From Giardia intestinalis (taxonomy: Eukaryota), in assembly GCA_000002435.2 (NCBI GenBank), contig CM018790.1: 64,000 nucleotides of DNA. One strand, 5' to 3'. The notes below the pieces were generated by a model. The model saw only the letters and a program-made list of their open reading frames with translations. It was not told the origin of the DNA and searched no databases. The stretch's first letter is position 1; the number at the start of each line of letters is the position of its first letter. This document shows positions 40,278-50,078 of this stretch, one piece after another. The position numbers were made by a program, and so were the translations under genes.

Positions 40278-41873
40278 TCACGAGTCTTCTACGTCGCTGT
40301 CTTTCTCTATTTCATCGTACTCTATCCCCACGTTGATTGGCTTAAAGAGCTGGATCCCATTGGCATCTGTGACAAACATAGCTCCCGAAACCTGCGGGTG
40401 GAACGCAAGCTCCTTCGGTTCCTGAAGGTTCATATGGAGGAAAAGAAGTTCCTTGGGTAGCTGATTCAACTGTGACACAGCGTCCGTGGTGAAGGTATCT
40501 GCACCAGCTATTTCAACATCATCGTTTTCTATCTCATGATCCCAAATGCTCAGCACACCATCGTCAGATGTCGCTGCAAAGAGAGATGGGTCATTAGGGG
40601 AGAACTTCACACTTGTTATGGCCTGTGAGTGGTAGGGGAAAGCTCCTGCAGGGGCTGTGGTGCTCCGTATGTCCCACAGGCACAACTGACCAGCATCGTC
40701 GCCAGTAACGAGAAGATTTTCGTTAAAAAAGTTCCAGTCACAAACATTGACGTCGGCACTACCGACATTAAAGGCGTATGTGCTTGCTGCAGTCCTGGGG
40801 TCATGGATAATAAGCCTGCCGTCGCAGCTACACGTGGCAAAGCAGCTACTCTCTAAGAGAGCGCCTGTCTTGGCAAACACTATGTCCTCTATAGAGTCAT
40901 TGTGTGGTTGCTTCCTATTGGTGTCAACCGCTACAGAGCCATCTGGCCGCATGTGAAAAGCTCTGAGGAACCCCTGGCAATCCCCTGCAAGCCACAAGGA
41001 ACGGACAGGATTACATGCCAGAGCATAGCCTTCTATTCCATTATTGTCGGTGGCATGAATACACAGGGGGTTGGCGAGGTGTACCTCCAATGTGCTGCGA
41101 CCCTTTGCCCGCTTTGACTTCTGGGGCTTCTTGGTTAAGCCAACGGGCATGCTTGTCTCTGTATGAATTGGCGGAATCTGTATTGCTCCTGCACCCGCGA
41201 GGCTGGCCCCTGTACTTGTGTGCCAGTATTCCCCAGAAGCAAAAGCTCCCACCCCTGCGCTCTTGAGCAACGGCGCACAGTTTATAAAGCTAATCACACC
41301 GTCATCCGTCCAAAGGCCGGCGATTGCGGCACTTCCCGCCGGGTAACAGTTACTATAGAAGGATGTCCCTGAGCGAATGCGGTTGACAGTCGCTGGGATA
41401 TCTATCTTACGCTGAATAAGGGTGGGATCCAGCGAGCTGTCCTCCTCAAAGCGCGTCGAGGAGACGTCTGTGAAATGGTAAAGCACCAGCTCTCCCATCT
41501 CAGTGCAGTTCCTATCAACCTGGCAGCCCCCCAGCAACAATAGCTGATGAGGAAACTCGGACCGATTGAGGCCAAAGTTGTCGACAATGGGGTCTAGGGA
41601 GAGAACGGGCCAGACGACAGTAAAGCGATGCAGGTAGTCATAGGTGCTTGGGTTGTATTCCAGCTCCTCGTGCTGGCTGTTGGGCTGCTTTTGGGCTGTG
41701 TGAGGGAGGTAGATCTCTCGCCGGGGCTCGGGAGAGTCAACGTCGAAGTCTGCCTTGTAGTTGGGGAGATCTGCAACGCTCTTGAGCTCGACAAGCTCTT
41801 CCCCGCCGAGCGCGCACTCTGGGTGCTCGTCGGCGCTGGATCCGAGGCTGTCCTCGCGGTCGGACATTTGCAT
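40278..41873 (-). CDS. Glutamate-rich WD-repeat protein (GRWD1 / Rrb1-like ribosome-biogenesis chaperone)
   Basis: The N-terminal block YDYLHRFTVVWPVLSLDPIVDNFGLNRSEFPHQLLLLGGCQ matches the Rrb1/GRWD1 signature (YDMLH...WPCLSFDI..D.LG..R..FPH..Y.VAGTQA). The C-terminal WD repeats end in acidic residues. Confidence 0.55.
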   Translation of the reverse strand: MQMSDREDSLGSSADEHPECALGGEELVELKSVADLPNYKADFDVDSPEPRREIYLPHTAQKQPNSQHEELEYNPSTYDYLHRFTVVWPVLSLDPIVDNFGLNRSEFPHQLLLLGGCQVDRNCTEMGELVLYHFTDVSSTRFEEDSSLDPTLIQRKIDIPATVNRIRSGTSFYSNCYPAGSAAIAGLWTDDGVISFINCAPLLKSAGVGAFASGEYWHTSTGASLAGAGAIQIPPIHTETSMPVGLTKKPQKSKRAKGRSTLEVHLANPLCIHATDNNGIEGYALACNPVRSLWLAGDCQGFLRAFHMRPDGSVAVDTNRKQPHNDSIEDIVFAKTGALLESSCFATCSCDGRLIIHDPRTAASTYAFNVGSADVNVCDWNFFNENLLVTGDDAGQLCLWDIRSTTAPAGAFPYHSQAITSVKFSPNDPSLFAATSDDGVLSIWDHEIENDDVEIAGADTFTTDAVSQLNQLPKELLFLHMNLQEPKELAFHPQVSGAMFVTDANGIQLFKPINVGIEYDEIEKDSDVEDS

Positions 41874-41934
41874 TTATTGACAACCAACGAGAAAAAGGAG
41901 GACTCGCATATCGAGCCTTGTTTGGCGGGCTGCA

Positions 41935-42006
41935 GGGAGCATGGTCTAGCGGTATGATTCTCCGTTCGGGTCGGAGAGGTTCCGGGTTCGACTCCCGGTG
42001 CTCCCC
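41935..42006 (+). tRNA. tRNA-Pro (anticodon CGG)
   Basis: I folded it by hand into a cloverleaf. The acceptor stem is GGGAGCA/TGCTCCC (7 bp perfect). The anticodon stem is CTCCG/CGGAG with loop TTCGGGT, giving anticodon CGG. The T-arm is CCGGG-TTCGACT-CCCGG. It is near-identical in layout to human tRNA-Pro-CGG (GGCTCGTTGGTCTAGGGGTATGATTCTCGCTTCGGGTGCGAGAGG...). Confidence 0.85.
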
Positions 42007-42008
42007 GT

Positions 42009-43118
42009 TTACTCGACCCAGCGGCCGCTTGCCGCCCGGAAGAGCCGGTCGAGGAGCGCGTCGGCAAGCCCCCGGGCAGGCTCTGGAGGCAGCGCGAGGA
42101 TGCACGCGGGCCCAAGCTTATCTGCCCGCCGCAGCGTCTCGAAGAGGCTTTGCGCAGCGGCCTCGAGTGTCGGCACGCTGTAGGCTCGCAAGATCCGTGC
42201 CGGCTCTGTGCCTTCTGGAAGAAGTCCGGCTAGACTTCTGAGGAGGGCATCAGGCTCCAGCTCTGCGAGAGCAGGATTGCAGTCAAGAATGACGACGAAG
42301 CCGTCGAGACGGGCCGGCAGGATGGCTCTAACAGCGCCTGGAAGCATAGGGCCTCCTTTCATGACAAGGTAACATTCAGTTCGCGGAGAGTAGTGTCGCA
42401 GAAACTGACCCGGCGAAGAGACTGCTTTCGTCTGAAGACCAGAGCTGGAAAGAGCACGTGTCTCAACGCGTATATAGTCCAAGGCGTTTGTCGGAAGAGT
42501 TGCAACTAGCATTTCTTCATTGACTTGGCCTCGACGCAGGATCGTCAAGCAATCCTTCTCGACCAACAGAACAGTGGACTCAATCCCTATGTCACAGCGT
42601 CCGCCATCGATGATCAGGAGGTCGCTATTAACAAACTCTGCAGCGACATCCTCTGCCTGCGTGGGAGAGATGCTCCCAAACATATTCGCGGAAGGGGCAG
42701 CGAGGGGCCGCGCAGCAAGCTCTAGAATAGCGCAGGCAACGGGGTGGCGAGGCATCCGTACACCGATTGTTTGGCTACCCGCTGTGACAATGGATGGGAC
42801 ACAAGGTGCGGCTGGAAGCACCATGGTGAGCGGACCCGGCCAAAATGCGGCTGCAAGGGCGTCGACTATTGAAGACAGCTCTACAGAAACCACAGCGACC
42901 ATAGGCAGTTGGGAAATATGCGATATATGAACAATGAGGGGATCGTTTGCGGGACGTTGTTTTAAGGTGAAGATCTTCGCGCATGCAGCTTCTGAAAGCG
43001 CGTCTGCAGCCAAGCCATACACTGTCTCTGTTGGTATAGCAACCAGCTCTCCACGCTGAAGGGCTCCTGCGGCATCAGCAAGCTCTGATTGGGTCGTGCC
43101 AAGGATGCGCGGAGGCAT
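42009..43118 (-). CDS. SUA5: Threonylcarbamoyl-AMP synthase (Sua5/YrdC family, with a C-terminal Sua5 domain) for t6A tRNA modification
   Basis: The YrdC core is LVAIPTETVYGLAADA...NDPLIVHIS...WPGPLTMVL...IGVRMPRHP. The track ORF start (43229) would overlap the upstream kinase gene. The internal ATG at 43118 (MPPRILG...) sits just after that gene's stop at 43132. Confidence 0.75.
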   Translation of the reverse strand: MPPRILGTTQSELADAAGALQRGELVAIPTETVYGLAADALSEAACAKIFTLKQRPANDPLIVHISHISQLPMVAVVSVELSSIVDALAAAFWPGPLTMVLPAAPCVPSIVTAGSQTIGVRMPRHPVACAILELAARPLAAPSANMFGSISPTQAEDVAAEFVNSDLLIIDGGRCDIGIESTVLLVEKDCLTILRRGQVNEEMLVATLPTNALDYIRVETRALSSSGLQTKAVSSPGQFLRHYSPRTECYLVMKGGPMLPGAVRAILPARLDGFVVILDCNPALAELEPDALLRSLAGLLPEGTEPARILRAYSVPTLEAAAQSLFETLRRADKLGPACILALPPEPARGLADALLDRLFRAASGRWVE

Positions 43119-43131
43119 TGAATTTTTCAGG

Positions 43132-44040
43132 CTATATTGCGAAGAACTGGTGCATAAGGGCGCGCTGAGCAGTAATACGGTCCTCAGGATTCCACGCAAG
43201 CATGTGTGCGAGGAGATCTGCCAACACATGACTGCAGCCGAGCTCTCTGCGAAGAGCTTCTCTAGCTTCAGCTAGCGTATAAATGTCGGCATCTGACACT
43301 GTCATGTTTTCGGTTATGAAGCGAGGCAAGGCATGCATGGCGCCTTTGCAGGCATCCGGCTTTAGGGGTTTTAGGAAGGCACAGATGAGCTGCAGCTGCT
43401 GAATCTCGGTGTCGCCGGGGAACAGAGGATCGCCCGTAAGCAGCTCAGCAAAGCAACAACCTGCTGCCCAGATGTCGATTGGAGGGCCATATCCGCTATA
43501 GTGCAGAAGGAGCTCAGGTGCTCTATACCACCGCGTGCTAACATAATCGGTATTTTGACGGGATCCCTGTGCCCTTGAAAGGCCAAAGTCAGCTATCTTT
43601 ACCCCAACAATGTCTCCGTTGGCATCTCCCGTCTCGCTCGTTAATAGAATGTTCTCTAGTTTCAAATCCCGGTGAATCACGCTGTTCGTATGGATGTGAT
43701 AGAGGCCCTGGAGAATGCGGAATGCAATGTTTCGTAGCATGTGCTCTTTGAGTGGTCCCGAAGATCGAAGAAAATTCAGGAGGGTACCTCCACCTGCGTA
43801 TTCGAAGATCAAGTGTGTGTGGTCCCTAGTGACAACTACTCGAATAAGGCGAATGATATTTGGATGGGGTGGAAGCCTCCGGAGCGTAGCTACTTCGGGC
43901 AGCTGGAGAGGATCAGAGACACAGAGGGTGTGACTGTTCATGATCTTGATGGCGACGAAATCCCCCTTCGTATCCACTGCGTGCAGGACATCCCCGTACG
44001 TGCCAGACCCCACGCGACGCACCGGCGTGTAGGCATCCAT
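43132..44040 (-). CDS. CMGC protein kinase with a TDY activation motif (MAK/ICK/LF4 RCK family or MAPK-like)
   Basis: Motifs are GSGTYGDV, VAIK, HRDLKLENILL, DFGLSR and TDYVSTRWYRAPELLL. The start was moved to the internal ATG at 44040 (MDAYTPV...), 20 nt after the RPL37e stop. Confidence 0.7.
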   Translation of the reverse strand: MDAYTPVRRVGSGTYGDVLHAVDTKGDFVAIKIMNSHTLCVSDPLQLPEVATLRRLPPHPNIIRLIRVVVTRDHTHLIFEYAGGGTLLNFLRSSGPLKEHMLRNIAFRILQGLYHIHTNSVIHRDLKLENILLTSETGDANGDIVGVKIADFGLSRAQGSRQNTDYVSTRWYRAPELLLHYSGYGPPIDIWAAGCCFAELLTGDPLFPGDTEIQQLQLICAFLKPLKPDACKGAMHALPRFITENMTVSDADIYTLAEAREALRRELGCSHVLADLLAHMLAWNPEDRITAQRALMHQFFAI

Positions 44041-44060
44041 CGGACCGACCTCGTGCAAAT

Positions 44061-44330
44061 TTACTTGGCAAGGTACTTCCTGGCGTTTGCCTTGAGCGTT
44101 CCCGAGTTGTAGGCCCTGTAGACCTTGCGCATGTGGGACATGCTGCCCGTCCCCTGTGTCCTTCTGCGGAGAGACTTGTAGCTCCAGTTGTACCTGCGCA
44201 TCTTGGCAGACGGGTACCCGCAAGACGCACACTCGTGCTTCTGTAGGTGGAAGGAGTGCTTGCCGCACCGGCGGCAGCTGCCGTGAATGCGCGTGTGGCG
44301 CTTACCGAACGACGCTGTGCCCTTGGACAT
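44061..44330 (-). CDS. RPL37: 60S ribosomal protein L37e
   Basis: MSKGTASFGKRHTRIHGSCRRCGKHSFHLQKHECASCGYP has the C4 zinc ribbon of L37e. The start is set at MSKGT (44330), preceded by ttaaaaacgggaactcgATG. The stop codon lies inside AGTAAAT, an AGTRAAY polyA signal. Confidence 0.85.
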   Translation of the reverse strand: MSKGTASFGKRHTRIHGSCRRCGKHSFHLQKHECASCGYPSAKMRRYNWSYKSLRRRTQGTGSMSHMRKVYRAYNSGTLKANARKYLAK

Positions 44331-44514
44331 CGAGTTCCCGTTTTTAACAGCGACTAATTCCAATTTAAAATGCTATGTCCGGCATGGAGGTATGGAGGAG
44401 TGAGGCCCGGCGCATGCTGAAAGGGTCAGGACACAAAGCTACCTATCGATTGCTCACTACACAACCCAACTAGCCGCTTCGCAGATATTTGGCGTTCAGT
44501 AAATTTCAACTTTA

Positions 44515-47500
44515 GTGTTCATGGACACTTTGCGTCAGTTCTTCACGGATCCCCAGCTTTTTTATGACTCTGAGCGACAGTGCCGAGCACTTGAAATGGC
44601 AATCACCATCCGCGAGGCTGAGCCGCTGTACTACATCGAGTGCAGACCTTTCAGTCAGCTCCTCGATGCCATCGATAGAAACGTTTTAGAACGCTTTTCA
44701 TTATCAGAACTTTCAAGCTTTAAGCACAACAAGAGAGACCAGCGGGTGTTGAGCGCGGGGATTCGAACCGCAGAAGAACACAATCCAGTCATGGCCGGGA
44801 TCTTTGGCTGCTTTGAAGAGTATCTTGATGAAGCCAGAAACGCGCTGCTGCAGGACGGAGCAGATGCAGGCTCGATCAAAGACCTTGTGGTGCTTAAGCA
44901 GCTCGACGCTAAGAGCACCAGAACCCAAGAAGAGCTCCAGCGTGATCTGTGCATGTTGGTCGCACCGCTGTGTCGCTTTCTGTATGTAACCTTGAGCAAA
45001 GGTATTTATTTGACCACCTCTACAGACGAATTCAGGGACGTCCATGCTGTCGAGGTCCTATTCCAGAGCATTGCAAGACTCTTTCTTCACACACTACCTC
45101 ATTTACTATTTAACTTTGGCACGGATGTGGAGGACCCGGCACAGTTTTCCTTTAACAACGAAAGCGTCTGCCTTATGATGAAGGCTGCTTTGGAGATGCT
45201 TGCGTCTTTAATGGCTCTCATCAACTATCACAATAAGTACGGACCAATACTATTGGTTCCTGATGCTCGGCAAGATGTGATTGATGCGCAAAATAGCCTC
45301 GAACACATCCTGCCAACCAAAACGGACTATAGTCAGGTGGTGAAGCTATCGTCTCTCGATCACCTATTGTTTTCTATAGGGAAGGGTGTGATGCCTATCC
45401 TTGGGGAATACCTTATGCAATGCAATAAGTTTCTCTCCGCTTTGTACACCGTCACCAACCCACACCGCACAAGGTTGAGCCAGCTAAATGCTGCGCTGAG
45501 TAGCATAAGTATAGGCATCTTATTCTTTATTCACGAGCTCTTGTCAATGACGTACGTCGACTCTTCCTGCCTTGTGTATGAGCAGCCCTCAGTTCCTGTG
45601 GATGATACTGTCGGAACGCTGCGCAATAAGAGCTTTAGAAAAATCAGAAACTCGAGTAACCCCAGAGACAATGAATTTTTAACTAGGAGAGCTATATCCA
45701 AGAACTTACCCAACAAAACCGCTGTCGCTAGCTTTAAGACTCGAGAAGAGGTCCACGAGTGCATCATATCTACCATGGTTGTCAACAAAATGATAGATCA
45801 GATCTTTGTCTTTCTTCAGGCCTCTGAAGGAAGCAGACCCTACCTGCTAGCTCTTTCCATTTTGCACATTCTTCCTTTGGATCGCATGAGCTCCACACAT
45901 TATGCATGTACCGTCCTTGCGCGGCTATGCGTTGACAAATTTCACCACTACTTTGTTGTCAAGGGACATGACTTCGCATATAAACGGCTTAACCGCAAAG
46001 AAATAGACCTTCAGCTTTCATACCTCCACCTAATAGCCAAGGCGTCCACTCTCAAGTCCTCCTTCATATCTGTTCTATGCGAATTCATACGGCTTACACC
46101 CGAGAAGGAATCTGTTAATAAACCTAGGAAGACATCAACAATGGATAAGGATGCAGAGCCAGAACAGTTAGTGTTCAATTTTGTCTCTGACTATGTCATA
46201 GAACTTCTTTCTCGCTACGGACGCCACGAATTTCATCCCGTTCGGCACGCTCTTGTGTATCTAAATGGTCCAGCACAGCTTGAGGCTATCATGCAAGCAG
46301 GAATGACAATAGCCAAGGAGACTCTTGTCTTCGAAAGGCCTCCAATATATAATGATGCAACTATGACCGGGTTGTCCTTCAACAAGAATCTTGTTAAAGA
46401 AGAGAACACGAAAAATACCTCTGCAGCCGGACGCAGCATAGGATCAGGGAGATCTTCAGCCTTGTTTCGTCACCAAGCCACCCACCCTGTCTCAGGAAGC
46501 ACAGGAGGAAGAGATTCAGGGCTTAATCTATTTAATAGCAGCGCCCGAAACGTACCTTTATCTAATACCCTACATAAGAATAGCCTACCCGAAAGCGACC
46601 GTGTTGCAGGAACAACTGTCTCTATCATAAAATCGTGTGCTGGAACGGCGTCCACCGCAATTCCCAAATCTTCTGTTAAACCCATAATTGATAGCAAGGT
46701 GATGAAAGCTCTTACAGAAGAATATATTCATGTGTCCAAAACCGCAAAGACCTCTGGCACGGCTACAAACACTGGCAGAAGACAGTTAGAATACCACAGA
46801 CCAGCGAAGAACTTCCGAAGCAATGTCCCCGAGGGATACACTGTTAACTACATTGAGCTGAACAAGCAGCGGTTGTCAGAAGGCAAGCTTGTAGAAGAGG
46901 ACTACCAGCGTCAGGTGAAGCTTGCCGCTCAGCAGGATGAAGAAGAGGACTACTATATTCTTCATAGCAGCGACATACCAAATCATATGAGGACCGTAAA
47001 GATGTATGAGGCGCTTGAGGAGCGCGAAAAGCGGAACAGAAGGATGTTCAACGCCTGCAAGGCCAAAATCTTCACTGACATGCGCAAGGGAATGTCGGTG
47101 ATAATGCACAATGGCACCTACGAAAACGAGCACTTCGACGAATGCGTTAAGATTAAGAATAAGGGGAGCTTAATGGGAAAACTGACAGCAGCATTGGGTG
47201 GCGGAGCGCTGGATTCGAATATGCCCCTGGTTACCAACGCGCTGGACCAGATTGACCCCGTCTATGAAGTTTTATACATATACCACAGCCTTGTGATTCT
47301 GCGCAACCTGATCTGCCACTCTTCGACAATGGCTGACAACAAGACACGATCTATCCTTGCCACTATAAAGCCAGATCTCCTCAAAGCTCTGGTGTACTTT
47401 ATCTCTACCCAAAACCCGGTCCTCTTAAGCGTAAGCTTTGATCTACTCTTCGAAATCATCACCTATCCCGAGGGCCTTTCTGAGTACCTTCAGTACGGCA

Positions 47501-49533
47501 TTAATATCGATCTAAGCTCTCAAGAAGAAGCCAACGCCCTTGCAAATATGGGAGAGAAGATGGATTATTCTGCATCCGTCTGGGAAATATTGATGTTCTC
47601 TAACTTTGTTGATATTTTACGCGACATGATTTCCGTGGGCCAGATAGACGCTATCAATTTCATTATGCGCTTTTTCCAACAGTCTCAGATTAGGAGCTTT
47701 GCTGCAGCAGGACTTGCGCAAGCTGCCACACACGATGACCCAGCGCCGATCCTCCGTCTTAACGAGAAGGTCATTAAAGAGTTTGCCGTCTTTATAGATC
47801 CATTGATCCAGTTCTTCTACATGACTAGTGACATCGAAATGCAGCAGATTGCGTTGATTGCTGTTTCCTTCCTTTCGTTCACATGTGGCCCTTCTACTCG
47901 GCCGCTTCTTGGTTCATACATCAGCAACCACTCCTTGGATGTGCTTTCGGGCACAATCATCGATGTGAGTAGGGTTCCAAATCATTTTAATATGCTAGCA
48001 GTAATTGTCGCTGCTTATGGTGTCTTCGCTGGATCCAACGATAGCCGTGCTGCAGCGGCTTGTGTTCAGAGCAACGTCCTCTCAACTATATGCGAGACGT
48101 TTGTGTCCCGCTTCACAGACACTAAGAAAGACAGTGCAAAGTTAGCCTTTGTTGATATTATTCTAATACGGTTCCTTACAGATATCCTTGGTAGCGGAAA
48201 CGCAGAGGTATTAGCCTATCTCCAAGAAAACACGACTCTGCAATCAGCAATTTGCGGACTGTATCGGCGGTGGCTACAGACCAACAAGATGATGCATGTT
48301 GATGAGGATACGTTAGTCCTTTTACCAGGAACGGAGCGAAAGGCCGCTAAGCGTAATATTCCCCGTGGTTGTTTCTATGATCTGACAACAGACTTCATAT
48401 CTGCCGTCTCAATGCTGAAACGCTCAGGGTCGCCGGCAAACGTTGTCGAATCTCTACGCTCTGGAAGTACGCGCACCACAGCAACGTCTCGTGGACGGCC
48501 AGTAAAAAACTATATCCACCAATACAGTAACATCGTGGCCATACAGTCGCAAATTTGTGATGCTATGGGTAATGATGAGTCGTTTGAGCTGCTAGACCTT
48601 TTCCAAAATAAAGATTGCGAAGAAAGCGTCTCAGGATCCCGCTCATTCACCGCCACGAAAACATTGGGAACATTAAATGAAGGGGTTCTTGAAGATAATG
48701 GATCAGGTGAAGGCTGCAGAGATACACATATGAAAGGAAGATATAGTGAGCTCCTAAACCTGAATAGCCGTTTCAAGTACAAGGATTGGTTTCCACCCAT
48801 TCTGGACTCTCCAACTGTCGAAAGAAGTCAACTTGAGATACCTCCAGAGCTTACCAATATGATGCTTACAGATTTCAATAGTCTCGTTCTAGCGTTCTTC
48901 AAGGCCTTATATCACAACCTTGGCTCATTAGAATGCAAGATAATCAAATATGAACCCAAACGCGAGTCCCTCCTTCAGTCAGCGCTTATGCAAGCATCTG
49001 TAAGAAGCGAGGCACCAAGTCTCAACGCTTCGCTAGTGTCAACTAAGCATACCAAAGCCACAGTCAGCGATCTTAATCTAAGCAGCCTGGGAGGGCCAAC
49101 CGTTACACTTCCATCGCTGCCCACTCCAGCGTCAATGACGGTTCCTGAGAGTCTTACAGGCACTGCAAAGCCTAGTCTGGGCCTTTGCCTTCCTATCGTT
49201 CCCAAGCTTGGAAGCGGTAAGATGGACATCGCTTTAAGTACTAAAGCCACCACTCCTCCAGCAGCTCCAGAGGTAGTGCTGCACCTTCCAACCGTCGATG
49301 TCCTGAGCATCATAGCTATGCTTGGGTATGGTCTGAAAAGCACCCTCGAGATTTATCAAAAAACAAGTGCTGTCGAGTTCATAGCAGCCGACAGAGAGTT
49401 CGTCACCGCAGCAGCTACCCGAATCGAAGAGCGGATTATGGCGCTATCTGAGCAAGGGGCTGCACTGGTTCGGGAGGAGAGGGATGCGCAGCTGGGCGGA
49501 GAAGCTGAATACTACACGAGTATGCTGAAGTAA
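44515..49533 (+). CDS. Giant (1672 aa) hypothetical protein, possibly alpha-helical repeat (ARM/HEAT-like)
   Basis: It is an uninterrupted ORF with no motif I can name. Confidence 0.55.
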   Translation: MFMDTLRQFFTDPQLFYDSERQCRALEMAITIREAEPLYYIECRPFSQLLDAIDRNVLERFSLSELSSFKHNKRDQRVLSAGIRTAEEHNPVMAGIFGCFEEYLDEARNALLQDGADAGSIKDLVVLKQLDAKSTRTQEELQRDLCMLVAPLCRFLYVTLSKGIYLTTSTDEFRDVHAVEVLFQSIARLFLHTLPHLLFNFGTDVEDPAQFSFNNESVCLMMKAALEMLASLMALINYHNKYGPILLVPDARQDVIDAQNSLEHILPTKTDYSQVVKLSSLDHLLFSIGKGVMPILGEYLMQCNKFLSALYTVTNPHRTRLSQLNAALSSISIGILFFIHELLSMTYVDSSCLVYEQPSVPVDDTVGTLRNKSFRKIRNSSNPRDNEFLTRRAISKNLPNKTAVASFKTREEVHECIISTMVVNKMIDQIFVFLQASEGSRPYLLALSILHILPLDRMSSTHYACTVLARLCVDKFHHYFVVKGHDFAYKRLNRKEIDLQLSYLHLIAKASTLKSSFISVLCEFIRLTPEKESVNKPRKTSTMDKDAEPEQLVFNFVSDYVIELLSRYGRHEFHPVRHALVYLNGPAQLEAIMQAGMTIAKETLVFERPPIYNDATMTGLSFNKNLVKEENTKNTSAAGRSIGSGRSSALFRHQATHPVSGSTGGRDSGLNLFNSSARNVPLSNTLHKNSLPESDRVAGTTVSIIKSCAGTASTAIPKSSVKPIIDSKVMKALTEEYIHVSKTAKTSGTATNTGRRQLEYHRPAKNFRSNVPEGYTVNYIELNKQRLSEGKLVEEDYQRQVKLAAQQDEEEDYYILHSSDIPNHMRTVKMYEALEEREKRNRRMFNACKAKIFTDMRKGMSVIMHNGTYENEHFDECVKIKNKGSLMGKLTAALGGGALDSNMPLVTNALDQIDPVYEVLYIYHSLVILRNLICHSSTMADNKTRSILATIKPDLLKALVYFISTQNPVLLSVSFDLLFEIITYPEGLSEYLQYGINIDLSSQEEANALANMGEKMDYSASVWEILMFSNFVDILRDMISVGQIDAINFIMRFFQQSQIRSFAAAGLAQAATHDDPAPILRLNEKVIKEFAVFIDPLIQFFYMTSDIEMQQIALIAVSFLSFTCGPSTRPLLGSYISNHSLDVLSGTIIDVSRVPNHFNMLAVIVAAYGVFAGSNDSRAAAACVQSNVLSTICETFVSRFTDTKKDSAKLAFVDIILIRFLTDILGSGNAEVLAYLQENTTLQSAICGLYRRWLQTNKMMHVDEDTLVLLPGTERKAAKRNIPRGCFYDLTTDFISAVSMLKRSGSPANVVESLRSGSTRTTATSRGRPVKNYIHQYSNIVAIQSQICDAMGNDESFELLDLFQNKDCEESVSGSRSFTATKTLGTLNEGVLEDNGSGEGCRDTHMKGRYSELLNLNSRFKYKDWFPPILDSPTVERSQLEIPPELTNMMLTDFNSLVLAFFKALYHNLGSLECKIIKYEPKRESLLQSALMQASVRSEAPSLNASLVSTKHTKATVSDLNLSSLGGPTVTLPSLPTPASMTVPESLTGTAKPSLGLCLPIVPKLGSGKMDIALSTKATTPPAAPEVVLHLPTVDVLSIIAMLGYGLKSTLEIYQKTSAVEFIAADREFVTAAATRIEERIMALSEQGAALVREERDAQLGGEAEYYTSMLK

Positions 49534-50078
49534 AGGATATCTCTGCTTAACCAGCTAGAGACCTTAGCTTGTTGGAGTTCTTGGGCGGTTGTAGCTATCA
49601 TGTATACAAGTTGATTGATACAGGGGCATAAATCTGTCAAAAGATAGAAGCTGACACATTGGCAACCTACTGAGTACGACATAACTGCCCCTTGCTAAAC
49701 CGAAATTTAGACTCGTGACACACAAATATGCAATCGGATTATTGCACATGCATGTTTTCAAAATTAATTGGCACAGGGGAGCAGGAAATCTGCCTTCCCA
49801 TGAATCAGTTCTTTTGGGCCAGCAATTAGTTTTGGGTATACACGTGGAGGCGAGATAGATTTGAACGTCCGCGCTCTATTATTTTCCAGGAGTGTCTTCC
49901 GGCATGTTAGTCGAGCAAAGTTTGTGTCGATAAGGTGAAACATGTGTGTAAAGCACACATGGACAAAAGCCGCGGCATTCTTTATCTCAATTGAAGCATA
50001 AGGTCGATAGGCTAGAGCAACTTTTCCGTCTATCTTCAAGAATCACGTTATATTAGCAACGCCTTTAAGAAAGAGTTT

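Noticed and set aside
41594-42115. 173-aa and 122-aa minus-strand ORFs (41594-42115 and 41737-42105)
   Set aside because: They run straight across the tRNA-Pro gene and the GRWD1 5' end. They are Arg/Pro/Ser-rich reverse-frame noise.
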